This document shows positions 11,101 through 20,611 of a DNA stretch of 64,000 bases, piece after piece. The stretch's first letter is position 1; the number at the start of each line of letters is the position of its first letter. A model generated the notes under the pieces. The model ran no database searches. It was not told where the DNA came from and saw only the letters and a program-made list of their open reading frames with translations. The stretch spans positions 1 through 64,000 of the IMG/VR virus record IMGVR_UViG_3300024336_000005. The stretch is one strand, 5' to 3'. The translations under genes were made by a program, and so were the position numbers.

Positions 11101-13656
11101 CCTTCCATCTTGGAAGGTTACGCCACTCCTCGAGAGGGCGTCCTCAATGGCGGCACGCTCTGCCTGCCTTTTTATGACCTTGGTCCTTACCTTGTCTCTT
11201 CCTGGATACTCTGTCGCGCCTGGTGCAAATTCTTCCTCTCCTATGCTGGCCAGCTCCCTGGTTAGATTTGTATGCTCTGTTGCCAGCTCGCTGGCAAGGA
11301 CCTCTGCTGTTTTTGCAAGAGACTTTGATCCAATCTTCTTTAGTCCCTGAGTCTCAAGAGTTTGGACACCTCGAGCCTGCCTCAATGCGCTTTCCCAAGC
11401 TCCTCTCTTCACTCCCTTTGGCTTGAACTTGTGAAGTAAAGGCGCCCTTCCATCAGGGTTCTTCATCCATTCTTCCGCATGACCTATCCTAAACTCTTCT
11501 AGTGCCGCCGTGTACTTCTGGTGGCCTTCAGCGGTATCTTCCCATGGAGCTGCAATAGAGAGAGCTGCCATGAAGCGACCTTCTGACCTTCCTAGCTGTG
11601 CACCCGCGACTCTCTTCTGGTCAAACATCTTAGATCCGACGGTCAGTTCTTCTTCTGTGTGGCCCCTAAGAACAAGCTCTCCAACCCTGTCTTCCCCTGG
11701 ACCCCCTCTTCTTTTTACGTAGTCCATACGGTCAAGGTTAAAGGTGCCCACCTTTGATGCGTGCTGCAGTCCGCCCTCGGCGAGCTCTCCTACGATAACA
11801 TCTGGACCTATCTGCCTCCCCTCTCTTAATGCCTTTAGCTGCTCTTGGAGCCGGGTTCTAAGTCCATCTGGGAGATCCTCCGCCAACCTTGCTTCATGTC
11901 TGGCAATAGTCCCAGAGATTCCATCGGTTCTTGATGCCGATCTCCTCGCAAGCTCGCTCTCATCTCCTGTCAGAAGCTCTGACAAGAATTCCGTTACGGG
12001 AGAATCCCCTTGGATCCTTACTGTCTTGTGGGCCTTGATCCTGATGTTATCATCTATGAGAATATTGACGTCTTCATGCAGCCCTATATCAGGCCTGCTG
12101 GAACCTCTAAGCATTGCTCTCATAATGCCTTCAGGTGCAGCAGCTGTTCTGTTGTAGTTCCTTACATCTCCCATCTGCTCCTGGAGCATTCCCTGGATTG
12201 CTGTCACTCCTCTATTCCTGCTTGATACTACGGTTCCTCTTGTGGCCTGCGAAACGGTCTTGTTGTCGCCGACAAGGCCTCCAAATGCTCCTGTTCCTAT
12301 CGTCCTATCTGATGGAAGTATGCCTACACCCGCAACCTCCTGCGAAGGAGAGATGCCAGTTGTGAAGCTGAGACCAAGCTCATGGGCGCGCTCGTTTATT
12401 GCTTTGATTCCGGTATCCGTCAGGCTTTCTCCAAGAGGGCTTCCCTTGAATCTGAATTGAGATGCATGCTTCTTGTTGAGCATAGGGTTGGCCGAATCAG
12501 AGATGATTAGGCCTCCCACCTCATCATGGTAGCTTGTCTGTATGCCTCTCATGAATTCTCTATGAGATTCAGATGTAAGCTTGCCAGCGGATAGCTTCTC
12601 TTTCACGCCTCGAAGAAGAGCCACATCTAGAGATTCAGTAAGCGACTCGATCGGGACCCGCTCTCCTGCTGCAAACCTCGAGGCATTCTCAGTAAGAACT
12701 CGGCGAGCATAACCTCGGTCTTGTCCGTAGTAACCAAGACGAACGCTGCCGTTCTCCTGGACAAGAGGGACGTCTATTGGGGAGCTGTATGGTACGTTTG
12801 ACTTAATGCGGACTCCAGAGATTATCTCCCTTCCTCCTTGCTGTAGATACTGAAGTCTCATGCTCATGTTCATCTTTGAAGCTTCTTCAAAGAGCTCATG
12901 TGTCATGCTGACCAGGTCGCCCCGGTCGGCTCTATTTAGTCCACCCATCAGTTCTTGAATTTGATCAATGCCGGAGATCCTTACAGATCTGGATCTATTT
13001 GAAGCGCTTAGTGCGTTGTTTAATGCCTCGTCCGCCTTCATGAGTTCGCCTACAGTTTGTGTTGTCTTGAATGCTTCATTGGACCTGATGATTGAGGCGG
13101 CCGATGACTCTGCTCTCTGAGAGAGAGCTCGACTTGTTAGTGGGTCGGTTGTGTCAATGTTTGTCAGACTGAGCATTCCAAAGCTTCTGGCCACCTTCTC
13201 AACATGGCGAACGTGCTTTGGGCTTATGTCTAGCAGCTTTCTAAAGGATCCATCAGGGCCACCGGTGATGGTCGAAGGGTCGCTGGTTATGCCGAGTCTT
13301 CGAGCTGCGTCGTGCAGTCCAAAGTTTTTAATCAAACTTCTGGTAGCCCTGTCTCTTCCTGCTCCAAAGGCTTCTTTTACATCTGGATTGCTAAAGAAGG
13401 AGCTGGCCTCGGGGCTTGAGTATCTTCTTCCGGTGTCTAACCACATTTCTCTAGTAAGGTCAGCTGCAGTCATTTCATATCTGCCTTCCCTTGCTTCCTT
13501 TACTGCGGCGAGAAAAGTCTCTGTGGACTTCTGTGCGTCCCATCTTCTTGTGACAGTACCAGCTGCATTGATGTCGCGCAGAGCCCTGACACCAGACATG
13601 CCTACGCCAGTTGCTAGCATACCGGGAGCTACGTACTCTCCAAAAAAATCAGACAT
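8185..13656 (-). CDS. Putative single-chain two-barrel (DPBB) RNA polymerase, probably virion-associated
   Basis: Ordered motifs: GLHED (~aa 528), VGSKMFDQK (~aa 676-681), GKLQGSLR (~aa 1166), VVARQP (~aa 1229), ALWLPKQMEQILGADFDDD (Asp triad at nt 9436-9450), GYIGSMTN. Confidence 0.72.
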   Translation of the reverse strand: MSDFFGEYVAPGMLATGVGMSGVRALRDINAAGTVTRRWDAQKSTETFLAAVKEAREGRYEMTAADLTREMWLDTGRRYSSPEASSFFSNPDVKEAFGAGRDRATRSLIKNFGLHDAARRLGITSDPSTITGGPDGSFRKLLDISPKHVRHVEKVARSFGMLSLTNIDTTDPLTSRALSQRAESSAASIIRSNEAFKTTQTVGELMKADEALNNALSASNRSRSVRISGIDQIQELMGGLNRADRGDLVSMTHELFEEASKMNMSMRLQYLQQGGREIISGVRIKSNVPYSSPIDVPLVQENGSVRLGYYGQDRGYARRVLTENASRFAAGERVPIESLTESLDVALLRGVKEKLSAGKLTSESHREFMRGIQTSYHDEVGGLIISDSANPMLNKKHASQFRFKGSPLGESLTDTGIKAINERAHELGLSFTTGISPSQEVAGVGILPSDRTIGTGAFGGLVGDNKTVSQATRGTVVSSRNRGVTAIQGMLQEQMGDVRNYNRTAAAPEGIMRAMLRGSSRPDIGLHEDVNILIDDNIRIKAHKTVRIQGDSPVTEFLSELLTGDESELARRSASRTDGISGTIARHEARLAEDLPDGLRTRLQEQLKALREGRQIGPDVIVGELAEGGLQHASKVGTFNLDRMDYVKRRGGPGEDRVGELVLRGHTEEELTVGSKMFDQKRVAGAQLGRSEGRFMAALSIAAPWEDTAEGHQKYTAALEEFRIGHAEEWMKNPDGRAPLLHKFKPKGVKRGAWESALRQARGVQTLETQGLKKIGSKSLAKTAEVLASELATEHTNLTRELASIGEEEFAPGATEYPGRDKVRTKVIKRQAERAAIEDALSRSGVTFQDGRFVVDETKTNIVESFEQLLEETMHEGTHHKVRRWSAKQLFTDMSVNEEMFDEASRAMFKAKANLSAGERRAEALKMLRGEEGMRNKMLASLQGQMQYGVMNMSFSANQSPTLTVGSGKAGSFNLPMMKHMQAQGGVMADLGIEFAGRLTGDKTAEAKDVYKRMGAFYKGVGESAAKSTIDMKAFGKAFGGPGDTVLSSLFGRNQKERSNAFEVVRKKFGVNTSGHLLFDLGDGRQIFHPEGISTHTGGFRTAGGDITTSPIDKATKNIAKAHWDDKVDDVAKGVAAYDEGVQDIILGKKQAPSAMYSGKLQGSLRQQARAQIADDVLEFMGKEFTHKVGIRESQFERILGEMGAVGGGQLDERMTALRQGKAAGVVARQPGTELHRISSVEMFSVDEAMRRYTSQRMSGLSASEISREFFSLDKSRHDTARKALLEGGDLWDEFHQQAIREARGRRIGFEEDLKTLKESGRKRKGGKKRSSKSITKERNRIHKQIKAIDDGSWAAKQANIQAETLKGSADYWKGQYTEGLLSQYDKHALWLPKQMEQILGADFDDDQLDLILGKDRSGVSRLRERAGFMGEMLTEGATAEEAIARATTTEQKLAAEDYVYKIRQRELYKGLKDRDIPALTRADVTRGSPAWKKQQAGMAMMAEMEKGYIGSMTNATDFVREHLRATTTGQKAEGRLFTEMLLGIMPETALKAKQAGAGGLMEYREKFKESIGESIDQMHDILTGRGVGKLSRQEQIDTMTNAFKNIHDPRGASKLVPKLLEYIPQVIDAVIANPGNEDENIITKTLKKREGVDMMRLTDRVLDATTPSPHSAFGRKAMEEIGIQGPGATKSHLKTAAGTFKDLLSAVKRHKRPALIGAAAAVATSLLLSSPGNVTAEMANEAGARHSAGRPTEDGPGFGESAPVSAGPGRSIRISGRTNGDIDTSAATRMMQERFPGANVSYTMNDYRERINEEYLRKRLNR

Positions 13657-16600
13657 TATGTACCATACCTAACGCCGGCCCGTTCAAGGGCTGAGGCGAG
13701 TTGACCAGATCTATCTGCGTCAATGTCAAAAACAATTCTTGTTTCATTACCACCAGTTGCGACTATTTGAACATCTAAGTTATGCAATTCCATTTGTTGC
13801 AAGGACTTTGTAATATAGTCTCTTTCTTCTGCCTTGCCTTGGAGCAGCTCTTCAGCAGCTACATCCAAGTAGGGCTTTCTTCTCGCCATAGCTACATCAT
13901 CTTCCCAGATGTTGAAGTCATGATGGTCCAATCCTAGATTCTCTACGACTCTAAGCTTTACATCATCCATTGCAATGGCAGGGTCATATCCAAGCCAGTC
14001 AGTTGGAGGCGCATCCAGTGGAGACTCATCGTCAAAGTATCCCCCTAGTCTCTTGCCTCTTATGAAGTCTGGGAATGTATTCGCACGAACTGACCCACTT
14101 GCTACTTCAGATTGATACTCTCCCCAAGTTGATCTGGAAGAACTCTCTCCCTCTAGTGCTCGAGCTGCTTCAATCTGCTGAACCATTGAGACTTCATCAC
14201 TACTTAGGTCTCCCTTTGCAGCTAAGGATGCATGAATCTGCTTTTGCCACTGGCCAAGGTAGAACTTCTTTGTATACTCTGGAACAAGTTCTAGTATCCT
14301 ACCCTTCTCTTCAGATGTTTCTGCGGCTATGAAGTCCTTAAAGAAAGGCTTCTCCTCTCTGGGCAGGGACTTCATGATGGAGTCTACTGTCCCATAGGGG
14401 TCGGCTCCATACATTGTGTACTCAGCTTTTCTGGCATATGCGAAAGCAGCGGAGCCATCGTCCTGCGCCCTCGCAGCTCCCTCAAGCTTCTTATACTTCA
14501 TAAACTCGAGCTTATCGAAGTATCCAGTCAGCTCTCTCCGCTGAGACTCTGCCTGAGGAATGCCATCGTAGCCAAACATCCGGGCTGCATTCGTAACAGC
14601 CGGGGCGACGAAGTCGTCAAGTGGGTCTCCCCAGGAGGGGGATGCTACTGAATAGACGTTCTTCGACTCGTACTCAGAGATTGGATCCAGGGCTCCAGCA
14701 AACTTGTGTACTGGAGATAAGGGAATTAAATGCTCAACAGGATTGGCCCTACCAACCTTCTTAAGCATTTCCCAATAACCGCCAATGATCCCTTTGTGCT
14801 CTCCGAATGGAACCTTGCGGCTCTTCTCCTCTGTCTCGGCTCTTGTGGCACGGTACAGCATTTCATCTTGATCTGACAGCTGATTAGAATCAGCCATTGA
14901 ATCCATTCTTTGACTTACGTCTTTAAACTGCTTGGAGTATGGAGCGACATCAGCAAGAATCCTGTACTTGTGGATGTCAGGATAGTCTTCTAATGAAGTG
15001 CCCTCTAGTTCAGGGAACCTGCTTTCATACCCTGAGCCTGGGAGTCTATACTCACCTTCTTGGATTGATGCGTATGGGTCTCCATGCTGGAAGTCGTTGA
15101 AGTACTCAGCGCCCGGCATCCAGTCTGGCATTTCATTTGCAATTGGGTTGACCTTCTGTAGTTGGAATCTTTCATTTGGAAAGATTCTTCTGAAGGCCTC
15201 TGTCGTTCCAAATCCACCACCAATGTTGAGGTCCCAATAGTTGTCTCCGACTGACCCCATCTGTGAGAAGGATTCCAATACTGGGTCTTCAGTTCCGAAG
15301 TCCTGTTCACCTGTTATCGCCTTTTTGATAGCAGTGAACACGAAGCCCGGCAGACCTGCCGCTTCTGTGGCCTTGTAGGCCGCCTCACCGCCCAGGAAGG
15401 AGGCAGAGTAGGGTGATGCAGCGGGTGTGGGTCCAAGGCCGCCTAAGGTACCTTCAGGCGCATCTGAGACGGATGTCCCATATTGGATAACTTCGCCATC
15501 GTCAGCTCCTTCGGTCCCACCTGAGCCAAGCTCATCTGTGTGCATGTATGCGGGGTTCTTTAGAACCCTTCCTACAGTGGCCCCCCATAGTGTACCAAGG
15601 GGGCCGAAGCCTGATGTCTCTGGTCCTGTTACTGGATAGGGTCTCTCATAGTAGAACTTCTTTTCTCTCCAGTATGGATCGATGAGCCCCTTAATGAATC
15701 TAGAGAACGGCCTGTCGGCGTACTCGTCATGTTGCAGGTCACCGAAGGCGTCATCTTTGGCGCGGGCGAACCAGCCTGGACGATAGTAATCTATCCCCTC
15801 TCCCTCTATGTCTGTCCTGCCCATTTCCCAATAGGCACCCTTACGTACTGCTACCTCAGTTTCACCAGACTGTTCTGCAAGGGTTTCATCGTAGCTCTTA
15901 GAAGAACCAAGTGAGCCCAATGCGAATGGGGCGGCTAGTAGGCCGCCCACTACTGCACCTATTGCTCCAAACCTTCCTCCTCTAGTCTTTGCTCCCTTAA
16001 ACATATTGCCTATGAGAGGGGTATCCTCTAGGCGCTTAAGGGCTGAAGGTAGTTCATGGATCTCTTCTCTTGCGGCTCTCCAACCGAACTCCCCTGCTTC
16101 TTTTACTAGGGGCGCCGTAGCAGAAGCTACCATGTGGCCAGTCAGGAAGCCAGATAGGCCAAAGCCTATGTGAGCCATCATCCTGCTAGAGCCGGGAGCT
16201 TGCTCCTCTTGATACTGTCCGAGAGCGGTTAGACCTGTCAGGTCAGAGGTTGCGGCGTATGTTCTTTGTGCGGCGCCTACAACTTCTGCTCCTACTTGAG
16301 CAACATTCTTGTCAAGGAAGAGATTCGTTATAGCAGAGCCTGCCTCATAGCCTAAGGCCAGACCACCAGCCACTAGGCCTATCCTGCCAGCATGACGAGC
16401 CCAGAGGTCTATTACACTTCCAGAGTAGTCTCCTCCTGTCCCAAGGAGGTTCTTAAAGAAGCCATACGCAGAGGAGCTCTGAGCCTTCTTAAGCAACCCG
16501 CCTTCTGCTCCTGGCCCTCCATGAATTAACTCTTCATAGAACTCTAGAGGAGCGTCAAGGATGCGCATGTATCTTTCAGACATGCGCTTTGCAAATACAT

Positions 16601-17468
16601 GTGCATCCCTAATGCCCTTATGAGCACCTTCAGGCAGGTTGGCTGAGAGCCTCTCTTCCATCTTTGTGACATCGCCAAAGGGCTCTAAGAATTCTCTTGT
16701 GATGCCTGTTATCTTTAAGTCGCCGCTTGCCTTGGAAACCATGAACCTAGCGGGGTTAGACTCTCCTATCTCTGCCCCACGAATCTTCGTTCCGCCCATG
16801 AACTCAGTGACAATATCTGCATCTCTGATTCTATGGTTGAATCTATCTGGTGCGCCTTCTGGAGACCACCTTCTAACCTGGACATCCACATCACTTACTA
16901 ATGGAGACGCCTCCAGTTCGCCGCTTGCTGTCTTTCCGAATAGCCCGAGCTTGCCTTGGTGCGGAGCAACCTCTAGTCCCCTTAGCATATCAGACGGCTT
17001 TAGCTTTTCTCCTGCATTCTCCATTAGAGCACGATAGTGCGGCTCTGCCCCTAGAAGATCATCAGGGGAGATGGATAGGCGGGTCGCGGGGGAAGTAAAT
17101 ACATCTCGCGATGCATAGCCAAAGACCCCAAAGGTTCTGGGGATGCCGCCCAGAGTTTCCTCTGTTCGCTTAACCCCCTCGAGGAAGAAGTCCTTAAGGC
17201 GGACAGGGGCCTTGCCGTCTGAGTCTAGCTCAAGCCCGGCAACCTTCCACCACTCATTCCCTGGAGTTGATAGCCCCTCGTGAAGATAGCTAAGCTTGGA
17301 GGGATCGATCTTTATGTGTACGTTCTGCGCTGCGAACTGTACGCCCCTGAGTCCTAAAAAGCTAAGGGCCGCGTATGCTGCGGCCTTAGCAATCTTAGAT
17401 TCAGTCTCCTGGTAGTTCTCAACTTCTACATAGGGCCTTCTATCAATCCCTCTGATTAGACTACCCAT
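13656..17468 (-). CDS. Tape measure-like / ejected tail protein
   Basis: 1270 aa, Gly/Ala-rich helical and hydrophobic segments; follows the tube and chaperone genes. Confidence 0.55.
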   Translation of the reverse strand: MGSLIRGIDRRPYVEVENYQETESKIAKAAAYAALSFLGLRGVQFAAQNVHIKIDPSKLSYLHEGLSTPGNEWWKVAGLELDSDGKAPVRLKDFFLEGVKRTEETLGGIPRTFGVFGYASRDVFTSPATRLSISPDDLLGAEPHYRALMENAGEKLKPSDMLRGLEVAPHQGKLGLFGKTASGELEASPLVSDVDVQVRRWSPEGAPDRFNHRIRDADIVTEFMGGTKIRGAEIGESNPARFMVSKASGDLKITGITREFLEPFGDVTKMEERLSANLPEGAHKGIRDAHVFAKRMSERYMRILDAPLEFYEELIHGGPGAEGGLLKKAQSSSAYGFFKNLLGTGGDYSGSVIDLWARHAGRIGLVAGGLALGYEAGSAITNLFLDKNVAQVGAEVVGAAQRTYAATSDLTGLTALGQYQEEQAPGSSRMMAHIGFGLSGFLTGHMVASATAPLVKEAGEFGWRAAREEIHELPSALKRLEDTPLIGNMFKGAKTRGGRFGAIGAVVGGLLAAPFALGSLGSSKSYDETLAEQSGETEVAVRKGAYWEMGRTDIEGEGIDYYRPGWFARAKDDAFGDLQHDEYADRPFSRFIKGLIDPYWREKKFYYERPYPVTGPETSGFGPLGTLWGATVGRVLKNPAYMHTDELGSGGTEGADDGEVIQYGTSVSDAPEGTLGGLGPTPAASPYSASFLGGEAAYKATEAAGLPGFVFTAIKKAITGEQDFGTEDPVLESFSQMGSVGDNYWDLNIGGGFGTTEAFRRIFPNERFQLQKVNPIANEMPDWMPGAEYFNDFQHGDPYASIQEGEYRLPGSGYESRFPELEGTSLEDYPDIHKYRILADVAPYSKQFKDVSQRMDSMADSNQLSDQDEMLYRATRAETEEKSRKVPFGEHKGIIGGYWEMLKKVGRANPVEHLIPLSPVHKFAGALDPISEYESKNVYSVASPSWGDPLDDFVAPAVTNAARMFGYDGIPQAESQRRELTGYFDKLEFMKYKKLEGAARAQDDGSAAFAYARKAEYTMYGADPYGTVDSIMKSLPREEKPFFKDFIAAETSEEKGRILELVPEYTKKFYLGQWQKQIHASLAAKGDLSSDEVSMVQQIEAARALEGESSSRSTWGEYQSEVASGSVRANTFPDFIRGKRLGGYFDDESPLDAPPTDWLGYDPAIAMDDVKLRVVENLGLDHHDFNIWEDDVAMARRKPYLDVAAEELLQGKAEERDYITKSLQQMELHNLDVQIVATGGNETRIVFDIDADRSGQLASALERAGVRYGT

Positions 17469-18171
17469 TGCCCCTGCTCCTAAGATACTCTTCCCTTAGC
17501 TTTCCCATCTCTGCTCTTCTCTCTGCTCCGGCTTCCGCCCTCTCCTGAGCCAATCTCTTTGTGCCTGTTATCTTCGTCTGCTCTCGGATCTCCTTCTCTA
17601 GGTTAAACTTCTGATCAGCTATTCGCTTCCTCTCTTCTGCCTCATGGTCGACAATCTCAAATCTGGTCCCCAAGATATTCTCAGCTTGTGCTGCCCTCTT
17701 CAGCAGCAGCTGCCAATCCATGGCCTCCACCTGTTCTGGAGTATATGCAGGGAAGGCCCTGCATATTGCAACGACAAGTTGGTCTTCAATGTTCTCTGCG
17801 TTGGGGCGGTGCTGGTCTAGTTGCTGTAATATGGTGGGGCCATTGGTGGCCCCACTCGCGTACATGATGAGCTTAACTACAGTCGATATAACACCGGCTG
17901 GTTGCTCTTCTCTAGACTTCTCTTGCCAGAACGGCGCGAGATCTTCTTCTAAATCAGGGGGTGGTGAGTCGTCGAATGAGGAGAAGATTACACAGCTGTT
18001 GAAAACTGACTCCTCTATCTCTAGGTCAACCTTAGAACCGAGGATGCCTCGGGCATCCCTGTACTTCCTATAGTCCCTCCACTGGAGGCACTTCCACACG
18101 ACATAGCCGTCATCAAAGTCGGTTCTAAAAAGAGCTGTCTTTGATTCCAGCTTGTGGTCTAGGTAGTTCAT
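17461..18171 (-). CDS. Tail assembly chaperone-like protein (long paralog)
   Basis: N-terminal half resembles 18574..19056 (SCVI..PAGVISTVVKLIMYAS vs ACIL..PAGLFRTLFNLIMEHS); has a YTPEQVEAMDW T-like tail; sits directly before the tape-measure candidate. Confidence 0.6.
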   Translation of the reverse strand: MNYLDHKLESKTALFRTDFDDGYVVWKCLQWRDYRKYRDARGILGSKVDLEIEESVFNSCVIFSSFDDSPPPDLEEDLAPFWQEKSREEQPAGVISTVVKLIMYASGATNGPTILQQLDQHRPNAENIEDQLVVAICRAFPAYTPEQVEAMDWQLLLKRAAQAENILGTRFEIVDHEAEERKRIADQKFNLEKEIREQTKITGTKRLAQERAEAGAERRAEMGKLREEYLRSRGNG

Positions 18172-18174
18172 TGA

Positions 18175-18252
18175 TTACTTCTTTGGTATGATTGGGGTCC
18201 CTCTGTCGGGCTTGGGGATGCTTCCGTTGACGGGGATGGTTGCCTTAGGCAT
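18175..18252 (-). CDS. Possible 25-aa Pro/Lys-rich peptide (MPKATIPVNGSIPKPDRGTPIIPKK)
   Basis: Fills the gap between two genes and overlaps the upstream stop codon; too short for the ORF track. Confidence 0.35.
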   Translation of the reverse strand: MPKATIPVNGSIPKPDRGTPIIPKK

Positions 18253-18565
18253 CGTCGATTGGCAAGGCGCCGACAAGATGCAGCCTAAACTCCGGAACAA
18301 TGTCATCAGCTCTCAGACGGAGGTCAAACCCTGTGACGCTCTTTAGCGGCACCCATTCGTCTCCAGCCTTAACAAAGGCTCTGATGTCACCTGGGTTCTC
18401 GCCTTCGCCTACCAGCTTAAGGTCTGCGGTCTCCCAGTGAAACTTGAAGACAGGCCTATCCTCCATGGCCCTCTTCAGGCTGTCCAGGCCGCTCCCCTCC
18501 AGCCTTCCCGTTTCGGGATTGATGCTAATCGATCCCTTAGCTACTTCAACTGTGTCTCTTTTCAT
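18245..18565 (-). CDS. Hypothetical protein (106 aa, start MKRDTVE)
   Basis: AAGGA RBS before the ATG at 18565; the longer track start overlaps the previous gene. Confidence 0.6.
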   Translation of the reverse strand: MKRDTVEVAKGSISINPETGRLEGSGLDSLKRAMEDRPVFKFHWETADLKLVGEGENPGDIRAFVKAGDEWVPLKSVTGFDLRLRADDIVPEFRLHLVGALPIDDA

Positions 18566-18573
18566 ATTGTTCC

Positions 18574-19056
18574 TTATAGTCGGATGCAAGAAGCGAGGGC
18601 GCGTTCTGGTGCAACGAAGTGTGAGTGCTCCATGATTAGGTTGAACAGAGTCCTGAACAGCCCGGCGGGTGCGTTGTTTAGCCTGTCGGCAGACATCAGA
18701 TCTGAAGGAAGCAGAATGCAAGCCTGAACGACTCTCTCGTGAAGCTGGTCTTCTACGATTGTAGGATCCTGCTCAGCTGATGCTGACTCCTGTAGCCTCT
18801 GCATGTCTCTGCTGATGTTTCGATGCTCCAGCCTCTTGAGCGAACGGAACATAAAGAACTCGTCTGCTGAGGGGATGTAGCAATTGACTCCACCGTACAT
18901 TGCCTTCCATCCTTCAATTATGGATCTCTCGGGAATCAAATCTCCGAAGTCAAGCCTTAGAAGGTCCAGAGCATCCTGCTCCTCCTCGGGGGTCTCTACT
19001 TCTTCTACTGCTTCTTCTAGGGAACCCTTTGCGTTGGGGTTTAACAAGTTGCTCAT
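18574..19056 (-). CDS. Tail assembly chaperone-like protein
   Basis: 160 aa, acidic, follows the tube genes; AGGAG RBS. Confidence 0.6.
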   Translation of the reverse strand: MSNLLNPNAKGSLEEAVEEVETPEEEQDALDLLRLDFGDLIPERSIIEGWKAMYGGVNCYIPSADEFFMFRSLKRLEHRNISRDMQRLQESASAEQDPTIVEDQLHERVVQACILLPSDLMSADRLNNAPAGLFRTLFNLIMEHSHFVAPERALASCIRL

Positions 19057-19074
19057 ATCTTACTCCTAATTTAT

Positions 19075-19824
19075 CTATTCTATGTCTCTAGCGATAAAGC
19101 TGAATTGCTCTTGTATCACTTCACCACTAGAGTTTACCACTTGTGCCTGTGCAGTTAAATAGACATCTATAATTTTTCTTAACGTATGGTTAGCGTTCGG
19201 GTCTGTTTCATCACCAAAGACAGCAAAGACATCGAATGGTGGGATGTCGTAGAACATATCATGTTCTACTTCTATCACATTTAGTTCTTGTATTGCTGAC
19301 TGTAGCTCTCTAAATTCTTTGTTGCCCAGCCCTCTTATCTGATTTAAAGCCTGAGTCAACTCGAAGGGGCTTAGGGCGCTGGGGTTGTTTGCTGCTTGGA
19401 CTAGTGTTTGATCGCCTGCTGGGCGGAGCCGGCCGGCCCTTGACCTTTCTAACTCTGCCTTGTTGCCTTGAAGGTACTTTGAAAGGATGCTCATGTAGTT
19501 CGCATTAACAAAGTTTACAGTAAAGGAGCCTGTCACTAGAAGGTTGCCGTCAGCAACCGTATCGAATCTCTTTGAAGAGTATCCGTAGATGGGGGTCTTG
19601 TTTGTTACCGTCGAGAACTGCAAGGCAAAGAGTTCATCTATGAAGATGTCCTCCATGTAGATCTGAGCCTGACCTCCAGAGTAGTAGTATGTCTTATACT
19701 GGGAGACTGTCGGAGAAGGGGCTGGCCGGAAGTTGGCTACTTCATTTACTGTTGTGGCATCAACCAGCCTTTGTACAGCCCTAGTCTCTTCTCTTGTGAA
19801 TCTAACTACGTCTTCGGTTGCCAT
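19075..19824 (-). CDS. Tail tube-like paralog 3 (tube initiator?)
   Basis: YYSGGQ..IY...KTPIYGYSS..FDTVADG...VTGSFTVN...IPPFDV...FIARDI is similar to the two upstream tube-like genes. Confidence 0.65.
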   Translation of the reverse strand: MATEDVVRFTREETRAVQRLVDATTVNEVANFRPAPSPTVSQYKTYYYSGGQAQIYMEDIFIDELFALQFSTVTNKTPIYGYSSKRFDTVADGNLLVTGSFTVNFVNANYMSILSKYLQGNKAELERSRAGRLRPAGDQTLVQAANNPSALSPFELTQALNQIRGLGNKEFRELQSAIQELNVIEVEHDMFYDIPPFDVFAVFGDETDPNANHTLRKIIDVYLTAQAQVVNSSGEVIQEQFSFIARDIE

Positions 19825-19827
19825 GTC

Positions 19828-20514
19828 TTACCTAAATGGGTTATGAGACTTTTCTACAAGAGTCTGAAGGTCGCCACTGTGCTTGCTTCTCATGATGCTT
19901 TCAAATGTCTTCTTGGAAGATCTTCCTGCAGGGGTCTCCACATAGGCCTCTAGGAATCCACCTGGTCTCATGATAGCAACATGTCTTGCTGTGTACTGCA
20001 TGACATTCTCTGTGAGCATGTCCTGCACTGAGTGGACCTGGCCCTCTGAAGAGAACTCAACTCCAAAGAGCACGAGCTCTGAGAGACTTCCATACTCATT
20101 AGCAAAGTGGATGATGATATCAAAGGGAGGGAGCTGGTCGGGGTGGACGTAGGAAAGGTTGGCTAACCCGGTGGGGGTTACCGCATCTGCGGGAGCATCA
20201 TTTGGGTGCAGTCTCATAAGGTCAAACATTGGATGCCTGTCGAAGACTGTAAAGACAATAGAACCAGCAATGGTTCTAGTCCCTCTTGCTCTTCCCTTCT
20301 CTCCAACGAAGCCCAATGAGCGGGCGGCGGACTTCTCTCTGAACACTGAGTATGACAGCGTCTGCACGTTGGTCATCACTCTTGTAATCGGAGGGGGATT
20401 CTCATTTTGTGATGTAGGGGCGGAGGGCATTGCAAACAGGATATTAACATCAGCTCCCGAGAAGGAGTTGTACTGCTTCAACAACGCTGCGGCCGTCTGG
20501 GGTTGGGATGCCAT
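19828..20514 (-). CDS. Tail tube-like paralog 2
   Basis: YNSFSGAD...VQTLSYSVFREK...RGTRTIAGSIVFTVFDRH...DQLPPFDI...ANEYG; start MASQP at 20514, downstream of the terminator. Confidence 0.75.
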   Translation of the reverse strand: MASQPQTAAALLKQYNSFSGADVNILFAMPSAPTSQNENPPPITRVMTNVQTLSYSVFREKSAARSLGFVGEKGRARGTRTIAGSIVFTVFDRHPMFDLMRLHPNDAPADAVTPTGLANLSYVHPDQLPPFDIIIHFANEYGSLSELVLFGVEFSSEGQVHSVQDMLTENVMQYTARHVAIMRPGGFLEAYVETPAGRSSKKTFESIMRSKHSGDLQTLVEKSHNPFR

Positions 20515-20527
20515 AATTTCCTTGGAT

Positions 20528-20575
20528 AAAATAAAAAAGGGAGGGCCCAGTCTACCATGACTGAGCTCTCCCTTC
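20528..20575 (-). terminator. Intrinsic terminator after the major tube gene
   Basis: Minus strand GGGAGAGCTCAGTC-ATGGTA-GACTGGGCCCTCCC followed by TTTTTTATTT. Confidence 0.8.
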
Positions 20576-20611
20576 AATTACTCCAATTCAATTAGAACTG
20601 AAACCGTTGGA

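Noticed and set aside
19828-20577. ORF-track start at 20577
   Set aside because: The extension runs through the terminator hairpin; the RBS supports 20514
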